Shown here piece by piece: positions 1-9,877 of a stretch of 59,625 nucleotides of DNA (position 1 is the stretch's first letter; each line of letters starts with the position of its first letter). The position numbers were made by a program, and so were the translations under genes. Source of the DNA: Promethearchaeota archaeon. GTDB lineage: Archaea > Asgardarchaeota > Lokiarchaeia > Sigyniarchaeales > SOKP01. Under the pieces are notes generated by a model. It had not been told where the DNA came from, ran no database searches, and worked only from the letters and a program-made list of their open reading frames with translations. The stretch lies in NCBI GenBank assembly GCA_048938855.1, contig JBHLLT010000006.1, positions 106,086-165,710 of the forward strand, read 5' to 3'.

Positions 1-161
1 ATTTCAGGACTCATATGATATTTTCCCTATATTATTTTTTTTTGAAAAAATTACAGAAGTGTATTTTCTATTTTATATAAATCTTTTCAAAGACTAAATA
101 AATCCCTCAGATAGGAAACTAAAAGATGAAATGATATAGAAAAAAAGAAATAATGAAAGAG

Positions 162-272
162 TTAGAGTTTTTCTAATATGGATGAGGTGAAATTCCTTAC
201 ATTTTCAAGATCCTGTACGTCGGGATGTCCTTTACCAAGATTTATATTAAGTAAGAGATTGCGCCCTCCCAA
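162..272 (-). pseudogene. 36-codon remnant resembling a flavodoxin-family C-terminus
   Basis: Manual translation gives LGGRNLLLNINLGKGHPDVQDLENVRNFTSSILEKL*. KGHPDxxDLxxxxxF resembles the flavodoxin-like C-terminal motif. An in-frame stop lies just upstream. Confidence 0.5.
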
Positions 273-315
273 TCCTTAATTGGTAAAAAAAAGAAATGGA
301 AAAGAAAAATCTAGC

Positions 316-1215
316 TTAATGTAGATTAACGTTAAAATTAAAGGTAATATTTTGTAAAAATTCTTTATAGCGAGAGCGAAGTGTTACTTCTGTTACACCG
401 ATGATCCGAGAAATGTCTTTTTGGCTTACTTTATGGTTCTTTAGCTTTGATACCAAATATATCGCTCCTGCGCACAATCCTTTTGGGTCTTTACCACAAA
501 TTGATGTGTTTTCGATAAAATTCTTTAAGACTTTTATCGCTTCTTTCTCTACATTAATATCTAACCCTAAATCAGCACAATAGCGCGGTATTAGAGATAC
601 AGGATCAATATGAGGTGATTTTAAATTCAATTCTCTTACTAAGATCTTATAACACTTTTTTACAATATTATCATTGATTGATGCTTCATCTAAGATTTCT
701 TGAAGAGTAATAGGAACTTTCTCTTGCTTACATACATAATATGCGCATGCAGCAATCATACCATTTATAGATCTACCCCGTAAAAGGTTCTTTTTAAAGA
801 CTTCTTTATAAAGCCGAACGGCAGATTTTTTTACTCTCTCTGGAAAGTTTAAGTTGCCTCCAATCCTCTTTAATTCGGTAATGGCAATTAACATATTTCT
901 TTTCTCCCACGACAAGTGGGTATTCCATTTTGCGGCCCTTCTTAAATCAGGATTTTTAATTTTTGTTCTATCGATAATAGTACTCAATCCTATATCAGGC
1001 ATTAAAATGGAAATTGGGCATCCAGTTCGTTCTTTTCTATCCTTCTCCTGCTTCGAATAAGCCCTTATACCACTGTGAGTGATATCAACTGTTTTTTCAG
1101 ATACAACCAAACCACACTGCTGGCAAACAATCTCCCCTCTTTGATGAATATCGATAGTGGTTCCACCGCATTCAGGACAGAAACCACCAATCTGAGGTGT
1201 AATTTCAACAACCAT
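316..1215 (-). CDS. tfb: Transcription initiation factor IIB (TFB), probably an alternative paralog
   Basis: Zn ribbon CPECGG..CQQCG, two cyclin repeats (LLRGRS, GKDPKGLCAGAIY) and C-terminal GVTEVTLRSRYKE. Confidence 0.95.
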   Translation of the reverse strand: MVVEITPQIGGFCPECGGTTIDIHQRGEIVCQQCGLVVSEKTVDITHSGIRAYSKQEKDRKERTGCPISILMPDIGLSTIIDRTKIKNPDLRRAAKWNTHLSWEKRNMLIAITELKRIGGNLNFPERVKKSAVRLYKEVFKKNLLRGRSINGMIAACAYYVCKQEKVPITLQEILDEASINDNIVKKCYKILVRELNLKSPHIDPVSLIPRYCADLGLDINVEKEAIKVLKNFIENTSICGKDPKGLCAGAIYLVSKLKNHKVSQKDISRIIGVTEVTLRSRYKEFLQNITFNFNVNLH

Positions 1216-1275
1216 AAGTTTTAACCCTAATTATTAGTTTTTTTTATCGTTTTTTACGACAAATACTTCCTTTGA

Positions 1276-1772
1276 ACACACAACTAATACAAAAATATTT
1301 CTTTTTTACAACAAATAATTTTTTTGTATATTATTATAGATCCCTTTTTAGTATTTAAATGTTTTGTGTGATAACAAATCCTTTATAAATGCAAACATTA
1401 TTTGTACACAAAAAAATTTGTTAGTAGAAATTATTAATCTTGTATTATAAAATATGTATAATATCTACATTATATTCTATTTGTTATAAAATATAATAAT
1501 GAATTCAATAGAATTCCTAATTTTGTCGGTTTAATTTGCTTTTATAAATCGAAATCAATTTCTTTGAGTACAAAATTAAAAATTGCATAGGCTTTTACTT
1601 ACATTTGTTTTTTCAGATATTATTTATTTTTTTTTTTACACACAACATTCCGTTTTAGAACGAGTAAAAAAAATAAAATAAAACGTTAAATAATAATTCT
1701 TTTATTATGTTTTAAAGTAGAATTTATAAAGAACCTTGTGGTACAAAAATAATTGATCCGAATATAACACAA
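1276..1772. promoter_or_regulatory. Divergent control region with repeated ACACAA/TTGT motifs
   Basis: ACACACAAC at 1276-1284 and 1638-1646; TTGTGTG at 1364-1370; TTGTACACAA at 1402-1411; TTGTGGTACAA at 1736-1746; ACACAA at 1767-1772. Confidence 0.4.
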
Positions 1773-1808
1773 GAAATACAGGGTAAAAAAGATACCGAGG
1801 CTTTTACT

Positions 1809-2681
1809 ATGAGCAATAATGACGAAGCGATCAAAAAAACAGAGGAAATGAAGAGATACGAGAAAATCACTGGTAGATATGCCATTTGGCGCGGTGTAAT
1901 AACAGAGGGATTTAGAAAGTGGCAAAGAGGCGAAAAAATTTACCAAAGAGAAAAAGAGAGAATTTCATTATATGTATCTGATGATACAAAGCAAAAATGG
2001 CTAAATTACACTAAAAGTAATAGAGATCTTACAATTTCTAAGCTTATTCGAGAAGCAGTTTCTCATTTTATTGACAGTAAATCAAATAACTCGGGACATA
2101 ACTTATCAAGACTAAATCCTCAATCAATCTCTAATATCTCTCACACCTTAAAGGAACCTCTGACCTCGATAAAAGGATATTCTCAATTACTTCTCGAAAA
2201 TTATAAAGAAAAGTTAAATGAACAAGTCTTAGAGACCGTAAAAAATATTTTTGAACAATCTATTTTACTCGAGAAGAAAATAATAAATATTTTAGATAAT
2301 ATGAAAGTAGAATCAAAATATGACGTATTATTAGTTGAAGATGATCTTGCGACAATTCGATTGATAACAAGTTATTTCGATAGTAAAGGTTATAAATGTA
2401 AAGGAGTTGTAAGCGGTTCAAGAAGTTTAGAAGAACTGGGAAATACCATTCCAAAAGTGATTTTGTTAGATATTATTTTACCTGATCTAAGTGGATACGA
2501 TATCTGTAAAACAATTAAATCAGATAAAGAGTGGTCAAGTATTCCATTATTCTTCTTAACTGCTATAGCTGGGAGTGAAGTGGAGAAGAACCTAAAAGAC
2601 ACTAAGGCAGATGGCTACATATTAAAACCGTTTAATTTTTCTGATTTTGAAGTGATTTTTGATATTCTAAAGCAAAACTAA
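1809..2681 (+). CDS. RHH-HisKA(DHp)-REC response regulator without HATPase domain, copy 1
   Basis: RHH-like RISLYVSDDTK...TISKLIREAV; H-box ISHTLKEPLTSIKGYSQLL; REC motifs VEDD, LLDIILP, LTA and KPF. Confidence 0.85.
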   Translation: MSNNDEAIKKTEEMKRYEKITGRYAIWRGVITEGFRKWQRGEKIYQREKERISLYVSDDTKQKWLNYTKSNRDLTISKLIREAVSHFIDSKSNNSGHNLSRLNPQSISNISHTLKEPLTSIKGYSQLLLENYKEKLNEQVLETVKNIFEQSILLEKKIINILDNMKVESKYDVLLVEDDLATIRLITSYFDSKGYKCKGVVSGSRSLEELGNTIPKVILLDIILPDLSGYDICKTIKSDKEWSSIPLFFLTAIAGSEVEKNLKDTKADGYILKPFNFSDFEVIFDILKQN

Positions 2682-2961
2682 GAAATTTTTTCTGTTTCTT
2701 ATCTAATTCTCAAAAATTTGATCATAATCACGATAATACATAAACTTTATAATAAAAAAGATTTATAAATGGATAAAAAATTACACTTCATTGTATAATA
2801 TTATTAAATGAAATCTTATGTAAAGATGATATTTGGTATAATTTAAGAATAATTTATACAAAATAATAAAAATATGATAAAAAACGAGGGATCAAATAAT
2901 TTCAGACAAAAAAAAAACAACTAAAGAGGATGACAAGAGGGAAGAAACTAAAAAAAGACCT

Positions 2962-3852
2962 ATGTCAGATGAGGAAATTGAAAATCTCGACCTTGAAAGT
3001 AAAGAAGCAAAAGAATTAATGGAAGAATATGAAAAAGGAACTGATAAGTATGCGATTTGGCGTGGATCCACAACAGAAGGCTTTAAAAAGTGGTTAAAAG
3101 GGGAAAAGATATATGATAGAGATAAAGAAAGAATCTCATTATATGTGTCCGATGAAACTAAACAACAATGGCAAGAATTTAAAGAAAAAATGGACTACTC
3201 CACTATTTCAGCGTTGATTAGAGAGAGTGTTGATTATTATATTGAACAAAAATCTGATCTACTTAGTGATAAATTACAAAGAATGGATGAAAAAACAATT
3301 TCTAATATTTCTCATGCTTTAAAGGAACCACTTACTACAATAAAGGGATTTAGTCAGCTCCTTTTGGAAAATTATGCAGATGAGTTAAGTGAAGATATAT
3401 TACTTACAATTAAAAATATTTTTGATCAAAGCTTACTTCTTGAAAATAAAATCATTAACATCTTAGATAATATTGCAACTGAAGAACCTCACCCTCAATA
3501 TGATATACTCCTTATTGAAGACGATTTAGCAACAATTCGCTTGCTTACTAGTTATTTCGAAAGTAAGGGATATAAATGCAAAGGAGTAGTAAGTGGAACA
3601 AAAGGTATAGAAGAAATCAGAGGTGGACTTCCTAAGCTTATTTTGCTGGATATCATCTTACCCGACATTTCCGGATATGAAATATGTAAAATGATTAAAG
3701 AGCATGAAAGATATAAAAGCATTCCCGTTTACTTGCTCACCGCCATTCCTGGGAGTGAAGTAGAAAAGAAAATGGTCGATATTAAAGCTGATGGTTATAT
3801 CTTGAAACCTTTTGATTTTTCGGACTTTGAAGTAGTTTTTCAATATTTATAA
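2962..3852 (+). CDS. RHH-HisKA(DHp)-REC response regulator without HATPase domain, copy 2
   Basis: Same architecture, with clear full-length similarity to 1809..2681 (ISHALKEPLTTIKGF; IEDD/LLDIILP/KPF). Confidence 0.85.
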   Translation: MSDEEIENLDLESKEAKELMEEYEKGTDKYAIWRGSTTEGFKKWLKGEKIYDRDKERISLYVSDETKQQWQEFKEKMDYSTISALIRESVDYYIEQKSDLLSDKLQRMDEKTISNISHALKEPLTTIKGFSQLLLENYADELSEDILLTIKNIFDQSLLLENKIINILDNIATEEPHPQYDILLIEDDLATIRLLTSYFESKGYKCKGVVSGTKGIEEIRGGLPKLILLDIILPDISGYEICKMIKEHERYKSIPVYLLTAIPGSEVEKKMVDIKADGYILKPFDFSDFEVVFQYL

Positions 3853-3950
3853 AATATTTTTATATATTCTACTGAATTGATAGAAAATGAAATATCTGAA
3901 TTAATTCATCAATTAATCTAAAATATCATAAGTATAGGTTTTTTCATAAT

Positions 3951-4805
3951 ATGAGCTATAATAGGATAATAATAGAACAGAAAATTAGAGATTTTTTGAA
4001 AGAAGATAGTACTTTCATTGATGTAAGCTCAAAAATAATTCCAGAAAATACAAAAGTTTCAGCAAAGATCTTTTCGAAGACTTTTGGTTATGTATCAGGC
4101 TTGGAAGAATTAAAAATATTATATAACATTTTAAAAGTCTCTACAATTTTTAAGAAAAAAGACGGTGAAGAAGTCAATAATGGAGATGTACTCGTAGATT
4201 TAGAAGGAAATGCTCGAGATATCCTATTAGGAGAACGAGTAGGATTAAATTTAATTACTCACATGAGTGCTATAACGACAACAGCTAGAAAATATGTTAA
4301 CATTATCAAAGATTCAGGTAAGAATGTTAAAATTGCTTGTACTAGGAAAACCACACCGGGAATTCGTATATTTGAGAAAAAAGCTGCGGAGTTAGGATTT
4401 GCTGACACTCATAGATTTTCTCTAGATGATATGGTTCTCCTGAAAGATACTCATTTAAAGTTTTATGAGGGGAATATTGAAAGGATGTTGAGTGATATCA
4501 AAAGAGCTAGTAGTTTTTCAAAAAAGATTGAGATAGAAGTCGAAAAAGTCGAAGATGTTTTAACCGCAGCTAAGAACGGAGCGGATATTGTGATGTTAGA
4601 CAATATGGAACCAGATCAGGTTGAAGACGCAATTAATACGTTAAAAGAACATCATCTTCGGGATAAAATAATAATTGAGATTTCTGGAGGAATAACTCAG
4701 GATAATATTATAGATTATTTATTATCTGAACCTGATGTAATAAGTCTAGGTTTGATTACTCAATTCCCTTCTGAACAGGTCGATTTTTCACTTCGATTTG
4801 ATTAG
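3951..4805 (+). CDS. nadC: Quinolinate phosphoribosyltransferase
   Basis: ERVGLN, TRKTTPG, HRFSLDDMVLLKDTH, IEIEVE, MLDN and ISGGI motifs. Confidence 0.93.
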   Translation: MSYNRIIIEQKIRDFLKEDSTFIDVSSKIIPENTKVSAKIFSKTFGYVSGLEELKILYNILKVSTIFKKKDGEEVNNGDVLVDLEGNARDILLGERVGLNLITHMSAITTTARKYVNIIKDSGKNVKIACTRKTTPGIRIFEKKAAELGFADTHRFSLDDMVLLKDTHLKFYEGNIERMLSDIKRASSFSKKIEIEVEKVEDVLTAAKNGADIVMLDNMEPDQVEDAINTLKEHHLRDKIIIEISGGITQDNIIDYLLSEPDVISLGLITQFPSEQVDFSLRFD

Positions 4806-4813
4806 TATATAAA

Positions 4814-5212
4814 TTAGTCAATAACAATTTCACGCATAGAACAAATTACATCCTTTATCTTAGCTAATTCTTTATAAAGATCTTTTATAATATAGAACTC
4901 TCCCACAACTAAAAGTAACTCAATTTTTTTTTCAGCTATCCGCCAATCGGTAATAGTTTTAATAATTTGATGGAATCGTGAATATAATTCAGTTATTTGA
5001 TCAATTATTATTTCTTTAAAGGGATATACCAGACTTATAGATATGATTAATATTTCATTTTCTAAATTCTCATATTTTTCATGCTTTTCAATAAAACTAA
5101 AGATAGAATCCCTTAAAGCTTCACTTTTAGATGTAAAACCACTGATTCTTCTCACTTTTTCGAATCTTTCTAATAATTCGTCGTTAACTTGCAAAGAGAT
5201 TATTGGAGGCAT
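4814..5212 (-). CDS. NikR-like RHH-ACT transcriptional regulator
   Basis: N-terminal RHH (IISLQVNDELL...SKSEALRDSI) plus an ACT-like C-domain; the Ni-binding His/Cys set is not evident. Confidence 0.75.
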   Translation of the reverse strand: MPPIISLQVNDELLERFEKVRRISGFTSKSEALRDSIFSFIEKHEKYENLENEILIISISLVYPFKEIIIDQITELYSRFHQIIKTITDWRIAEKKIELLLVVGEFYIIKDLYKELAKIKDVICSMREIVID

Positions 5213-5260
5213 TATTCATAACCTAATTATTTTAATATCTAAAATAAAAATAAGAGTGTA

Positions 5261-6100
5261 TTATAAAAATTTGTTTATATAATTTATACTTTGATTTAAT
5301 GAATTCGCTGAAGATAATTCGATAATCATTGGTCCTTTATAAGTATACTTTCTTATTACTTCAAAAATTTCTTTAAAATCTATCTTTCCTGACCCTATTG
5401 GGGGATGCGTATCAGAAACTTTACTAAAATTATCTACTAAGTGAACATTTTTTATAATTTGATGATATTTCTTCCATAAATCCTTTACATTTCCATCACA
5501 TGTATAGAAATGGCTTGTATCAAATGTTAAATTGAGATCTTCTCGAGCGATATTTGTATATATTTCATCAATATTTATGTTATCAGTCATGATATGGGCT
5601 TTCTGAGGCATATTCTCTAAACAAATTAAGAAATGCCGATTATTTGTAAAATCCAATAACTTATGAATAGCTTTTTTCAACTGGTCTTTGTTCAACTCTC
5701 TTATTGATGTCAACATAAAATTAGCTAATCCTGGATGGATTGTCAATAGAATAACATCAATTTGATAGCATATTTTAATTACTTCTATATACGATTCAAC
5801 TGATGCATTTGATATGCGAGTATTATGAGAACAAAGACTCAAATCAATATATGGTCCATGTACTTGTTTCTTTATAGAATAAGAATTTACTAGGTCGATA
5901 AATTTTTCCCTATATTCGTCATTAAATATTTGTGGCGGTTCAATAACTATTTCTACTATTTTAATATTATTTTTTTCAGCAAAATTAAGGCATTGTTCTG
6001 TTGCATCAAATAATAAATCTTTAAGGGTATTAAGTGTAGCTGTACGCGCTATATCAATAATATGCCCTAAACTGCTAATCCCTAACTCCATAATTTGCAT
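5261..6100 (-). CDS. Sugar phosphate isomerase/epimerase (xylose isomerase-like TIM barrel)
   Basis: VHGPYIDL, TIHPG, LENM, FDTSH, VHLVDN, DTHPPIGSG and IIE metal motifs. Confidence 0.88.
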   Translation of the reverse strand: MQIMELGISSLGHIIDIARTATLNTLKDLLFDATEQCLNFAEKNNIKIVEIVIEPPQIFNDEYREKFIDLVNSYSIKKQVHGPYIDLSLCSHNTRISNASVESYIEVIKICYQIDVILLTIHPGLANFMLTSIRELNKDQLKKAIHKLLDFTNNRHFLICLENMPQKAHIMTDNINIDEIYTNIAREDLNLTFDTSHFYTCDGNVKDLWKKYHQIIKNVHLVDNFSKVSDTHPPIGSGKIDFKEIFEVIRKYTYKGPMIIELSSANSLNQSINYINKFL

Positions 6101-6118
6101 ATCAACTAGAAAAGTAAT

Positions 6119-6799
6119 TTATTTCTTTTTCCGCATACTGCGAGGATAATTAGCAAAAAGACTATCAAAGATCTTTTGAAATCGATCCAGATTCTCTTCA
6201 GAGATTAGATTTGGTTTCCCTATTTGTAAAGCACCCCAATACATTTTTGCTAGCTTTTCGACTAGTTCAGCGAACTTAATAGCATGATCTAAGGATTTTC
6301 CACACACGATAACACCATGATTAGCTAATAAAGCAGCATTCTTTATACCTAGAGCTTTAAGAGCCACTTCCCCAATTTCTTTTGTATGAGCCTCCCCATA
6401 TTCAGAAATATCTACTGATCCACCCAAAAATGCATACATTTCTTCCATTATAATTGGAATGCCCTTCCCTACGATTGAGAGCATTGTTGCGAAGGGTGAA
6501 TGTGTGTGGATTACTGCTTGTACTTTTGGTCTTGATTTATAGATCGCAATATGCATTTTTGCTTCTGTTGAAGGTAATTTCCCAGCACTTAATAGATTTC
6601 CTTCAAAATCCAGATATACAATTTCATCATTTTTAAGTGTATCATATTGATTGAAGGAAGGAGTAATAAATAGTTCTTCTTTCTTACCATTTCTAATACT
6701 AACATTACCTTCTCCAACATCTACCAAACCCTTTGAGAAAATTTTCTTTGCTCCCTGAACGACTTCCTTTCGAATTTGATCTTCTTTATTTAATTCCAT
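6119..6799 (-). CDS. Class II aldolase/adducin family (FucA-like)
   Basis: GNVSIR, ITPS, PSTEAKMH, HTHS and LLANHG. Confidence 0.9.
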   Translation of the reverse strand: MELNKEDQIRKEVVQGAKKIFSKGLVDVGEGNVSIRNGKKEELFITPSFNQYDTLKNDEIVYLDFEGNLLSAGKLPSTEAKMHIAIYKSRPKVQAVIHTHSPFATMLSIVGKGIPIIMEEMYAFLGGSVDISEYGEAHTKEIGEVALKALGIKNAALLANHGVIVCGKSLDHAIKFAELVEKLAKMYWGALQIGKPNLISEENLDRFQKIFDSLFANYPRSMRKKK

Positions 6800-6981
6800 A
6801 CTTAAAATAATTAAAACTCAATTAAAAATATACTTTGAATGATTTTTTCCTTGTTTGGCTTTTAACAAAAACAATTAAGTTAATTATATTAATTCAAGAA
6901 AGTCTATTTTTTTAAATAATAATTATATCTATCCTTTTTATACACCAAATTTGAATTTGATTGACTCTACTTTGTTAAACA

Positions 6982-8076
6982 ATGACTCGCATTATTTTAC
7001 ATTGTGATTTAGATTGTTTTTTTGCTGCTGTAGAAATAAGAGATAATCCACAATATAAAAATAAACCAGTTGTAATTGGAGCAGATCCAAAAGAGGGTAA
7101 GGGAAGAGGTGTTATAGCAACTTGTAATTATGAAGCACGAAAGTATGGCTTACATTCAGCTATGCCTATATCCCAAGCATATAGAAGATGTCCTCATGGA
7201 ATTTACTTAAAACCTAATGGAAATAAGTACTATGAGGTATCTAAAGAAGTAATGGAGATATTAGAAACATATACTGATGAATTCCAGAAAGTTGGAGCAG
7301 ATGAAGCGTATTTAGAACTAACAGAAAAAATCCATGATTATTCTGATGCTGAAAGAATAGCAAAACAAATTCAAGAGGAAATAATGGAAAAAATCGGCAT
7401 TACAATCTCAATAGGAATTGCTCCTACAAAATCATTAGCAAAAATCGCCTCCGATGAAAATAAACCTAATGGAATTACAGTTGTAAATCCTGACAATATT
7501 ACTCATTTCCTGAATGATATGGATATCACCCGCATTCCAGGTATTGGTAAAAAGACGAAGGTTCATTTCTATAAAAATGGCTTAAAAAAAATAGGAGATA
7601 TAATAAATACACCGTTATCTAAAATGATAGAGTTATTTGGGAAACACGGTAGATGGATCTGGAATGTTGCTAATGGGATAGATAATCGAAAAGTAAAGGA
7701 ATTTCATGAACAAAGAAAATCAATTAGCGCGGAAAGGACTTTTTATGAAGATACTAATGATTTTTCAGAAATATTGAAAAAATTAGAAGATATTAATAAG
7801 AAAATTCATAAGACTGTTATTAAGCACCATATTTCTTATAGAACTATAACTTTAAAAATTCGATTAACTGGATTTGAAACTTTTACTCGCTCAAAATCCT
7901 ATGATCTCCCAATTCAGGATCAATCCACAGTTTTAAAGACGGTATTGGATTTATATAAAGAGTTCAAAGATAACAAAAAGAAGATCAGATTATTAGGAAT
8001 TAAATTATCTAATCTTGATAGGAATATAAAAATAAAACAAACGAATTTATTAAAATTTGCAAGCATTAAAATCTAA
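6982..8076 (+). CDS. dinB: DNA polymerase IV (Y family)
   Basis: HCDLDCFFAAVE, YEARKYG, DEAYL, AKIASD..KPNG; C-terminal PIP-like QTNLLKF. Confidence 0.95.
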   Translation: MTRIILHCDLDCFFAAVEIRDNPQYKNKPVVIGADPKEGKGRGVIATCNYEARKYGLHSAMPISQAYRRCPHGIYLKPNGNKYYEVSKEVMEILETYTDEFQKVGADEAYLELTEKIHDYSDAERIAKQIQEEIMEKIGITISIGIAPTKSLAKIASDENKPNGITVVNPDNITHFLNDMDITRIPGIGKKTKVHFYKNGLKKIGDIINTPLSKMIELFGKHGRWIWNVANGIDNRKVKEFHEQRKSISAERTFYEDTNDFSEILKKLEDINKKIHKTVIKHHISYRTITLKIRLTGFETFTRSKSYDLPIQDQSTVLKTVLDLYKEFKDNKKKIRLLGIKLSNLDRNIKIKQTNLLKFASIKI

Positions 8077-8082
8077 CCTAAT

Positions 8083-9000
8083 TTAAAGATAATTTTTATA
8101 TAAATCCAAAATTCTTTTATGAAGAATTTTATTTGAAGCAATTATTCCAGGTGCATTCCATACACATTTTTCTTTTTTAAATTTTAACTGTTCACCCTTT
8201 AAATCTGTAACTTTTCCTCCAGCTTCAGTTACTATTAAATTTCCTGGCATAAAGTCCCATGTAAATGAATGTTTTGTATCCAAAGGTTTTAAATAAAGAT
8301 CGGCAGCACCATCAGCCACCATACAAAATTTTGCCATACTATCGATTTGAATAAAGTTGTTTATTCCAATTTTTCGCGCAAATTTAAGGACCCATGGTTG
8401 ATCATAATGCAATGAGTGACATAATCGAATATTGTTTAAATTTTCAGTTTGACTAACTCGAATAGGATTAAAATTCCTATTATCATATGAAACTAGAGAT
8501 CCTTGACCTTTTTCTGCTGCAAAAATAGCTAAGGGGTTAGTTTTATAATTTGGTACCGCAATTGCACATATTTTTGGGTCTGATTTTTCCATAAAACCAA
8601 GACCTACAGCATAAGTTAATCCCATTTGGAATCCAATTGTTCCATCAATTGGATCCACTGTCCATTGACGATTAGAATGTTTACCTCGAAATTGTATATA
8701 GTTTTTTACATCTTTTGATGTATTTAAATTTAAATCATTAAAACATTTATTAATCAGATTTTCTGCCTTGATACTAATAAATTCAACATTCTCCTCTTCT
8801 GCTATTATTTCATCCTCTGAGAATTGATCTTTTATTTGAGAAATAATATAAATTTGAGAAGCTAAATCTGCTAAAGTTACTGGAGATTCATCCGATTTTA
8901 TGAAAGATTCGAATCCTTTACTTTTAAACCATTCTGTTATCAGGGATGCTTTTCTAACCAGATCAATTGCGAAGTCTAATTCTTTATTGTATTCTACCAT
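8083..9000 (-). CDS. Inositol monophosphatase / PAP phosphatase family
   Basis: SPVTLAD, AEE, WTVDPIDGT and WD..G..IVTEAGG. Confidence 0.9.
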   Translation of the reverse strand: MVEYNKELDFAIDLVRKASLITEWFKSKGFESFIKSDESPVTLADLASQIYIISQIKDQFSEDEIIAEEENVEFISIKAENLINKCFNDLNLNTSKDVKNYIQFRGKHSNRQWTVDPIDGTIGFQMGLTYAVGLGFMEKSDPKICAIAVPNYKTNPLAIFAAEKGQGSLVSYDNRNFNPIRVSQTENLNNIRLCHSLHYDQPWVLKFARKIGINNFIQIDSMAKFCMVADGAADLYLKPLDTKHSFTWDFMPGNLIVTEAGGKVTDLKGEQLKFKKEKCVWNAPGIIASNKILHKRILDLYKNYL

Positions 9001-9065
9001 GTTTTTTATTAATACCCAATTTTAAATTATTCTAATATTTAGTATAATAAAAATTAAAAAAAAAA

Positions 9066-9833
9066 TTACTCTTTTATATTATATTTTTTTTTAATCCTGT
9101 TAACTAACCATTCAGGCATAATTAATGATAAATAAGAAAGGACTATAAAAATTAATCCAAAAATCCAAGCAATATAAGTAAACTCAGAATATCCAGGATG
9201 GTTAAAGAAAGCTATCATCAAGGTATCCATAATTAGCATTAAAAAGAGTAAAATGAGGCTTATCATGGAGTAAAATAATAGTTTTAAACCAATTTGCATA
9301 ATTTTATCATCGACATTAGGTTTGATCTTTTGACAAATTAAAGCAATGTAAATATATATTACAAATGAAAATAATACAAGTCCACCAGTTGTATACAGTC
9401 TTATGTTTAATTCTCCTGCATAATCTACTTGAGGTACACCCCACCAATTCCATGGTAGAAAGAGTACGATTATTAATATTATTCCAATAATTATTATTGC
9501 AGGAAAAGCTTTTCGCCCCTTATTTGTCATATAACTCGCAAATATAAATAAAAAAATATCTGCACAAACCACCATGCTATATGCTAATGGGAGAGATATT
9601 CGATAAATTTCTTTATAAAAACCTGTAATCACAGCTTCAGCTAATCCTATAGATAATACGACTAAAGCAGCTGTAAGAAAAGAAAAAACTAAAGTCAAAT
9701 AGAGTGGGGGTGGAACATTTCGTTCTCTCCATTTTTTATACATTTTAATTGATACTATTATGCCAAAAATAGAAACAAGGATGTAGTATACAAAGATTGG
9801 AAACACACGAAATTCGAACGGTGAATAAGTCAT
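9066..9833 (-). CDS. Stand-alone ~7-TM membrane protein of unknown function
   Basis: Seven hydrophobic segments, a WNWWG loop and a C-terminal PEW motif. Confidence 0.75.
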   Translation of the reverse strand: MTYSPFEFRVFPIFVYYILVSIFGIIVSIKMYKKWRERNVPPPLYLTLVFSFLTAALVVLSIGLAEAVITGFYKEIYRISLPLAYSMVVCADIFLFIFASYMTNKGRKAFPAIIIIGIILIIVLFLPWNWWGVPQVDYAGELNIRLYTTGGLVLFSFVIYIYIALICQKIKPNVDDKIMQIGLKLLFYSMISLILLFLMLIMDTLMIAFFNHPGYSEFTYIAWIFGLIFIVLSYLSLIMPEWLVNRIKKKYNIKE

Positions 9834-9877
9834 ACAAAAATGATAAAACTTTAACTATAAAAATTTTTACCTAAGTT

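Noticed and set aside
1-14. Start of a minus-strand gene (MSPE...) running off the window
   Set aside because: Only four codons are visible, so it cannot be supported.
401-2602. Short antisense ORFs over tfb and the first regulator (401-583, 854-1060, 1686-1946, 2260-2454, 2390-2602)
   Set aside because: Shadow frames of well-supported genes with no motifs. The same applies to the other short antisense ORFs in the track.
9066-9833. Rhodopsin
   Set aside because: No retinal-binding Lys motif in helix 7.
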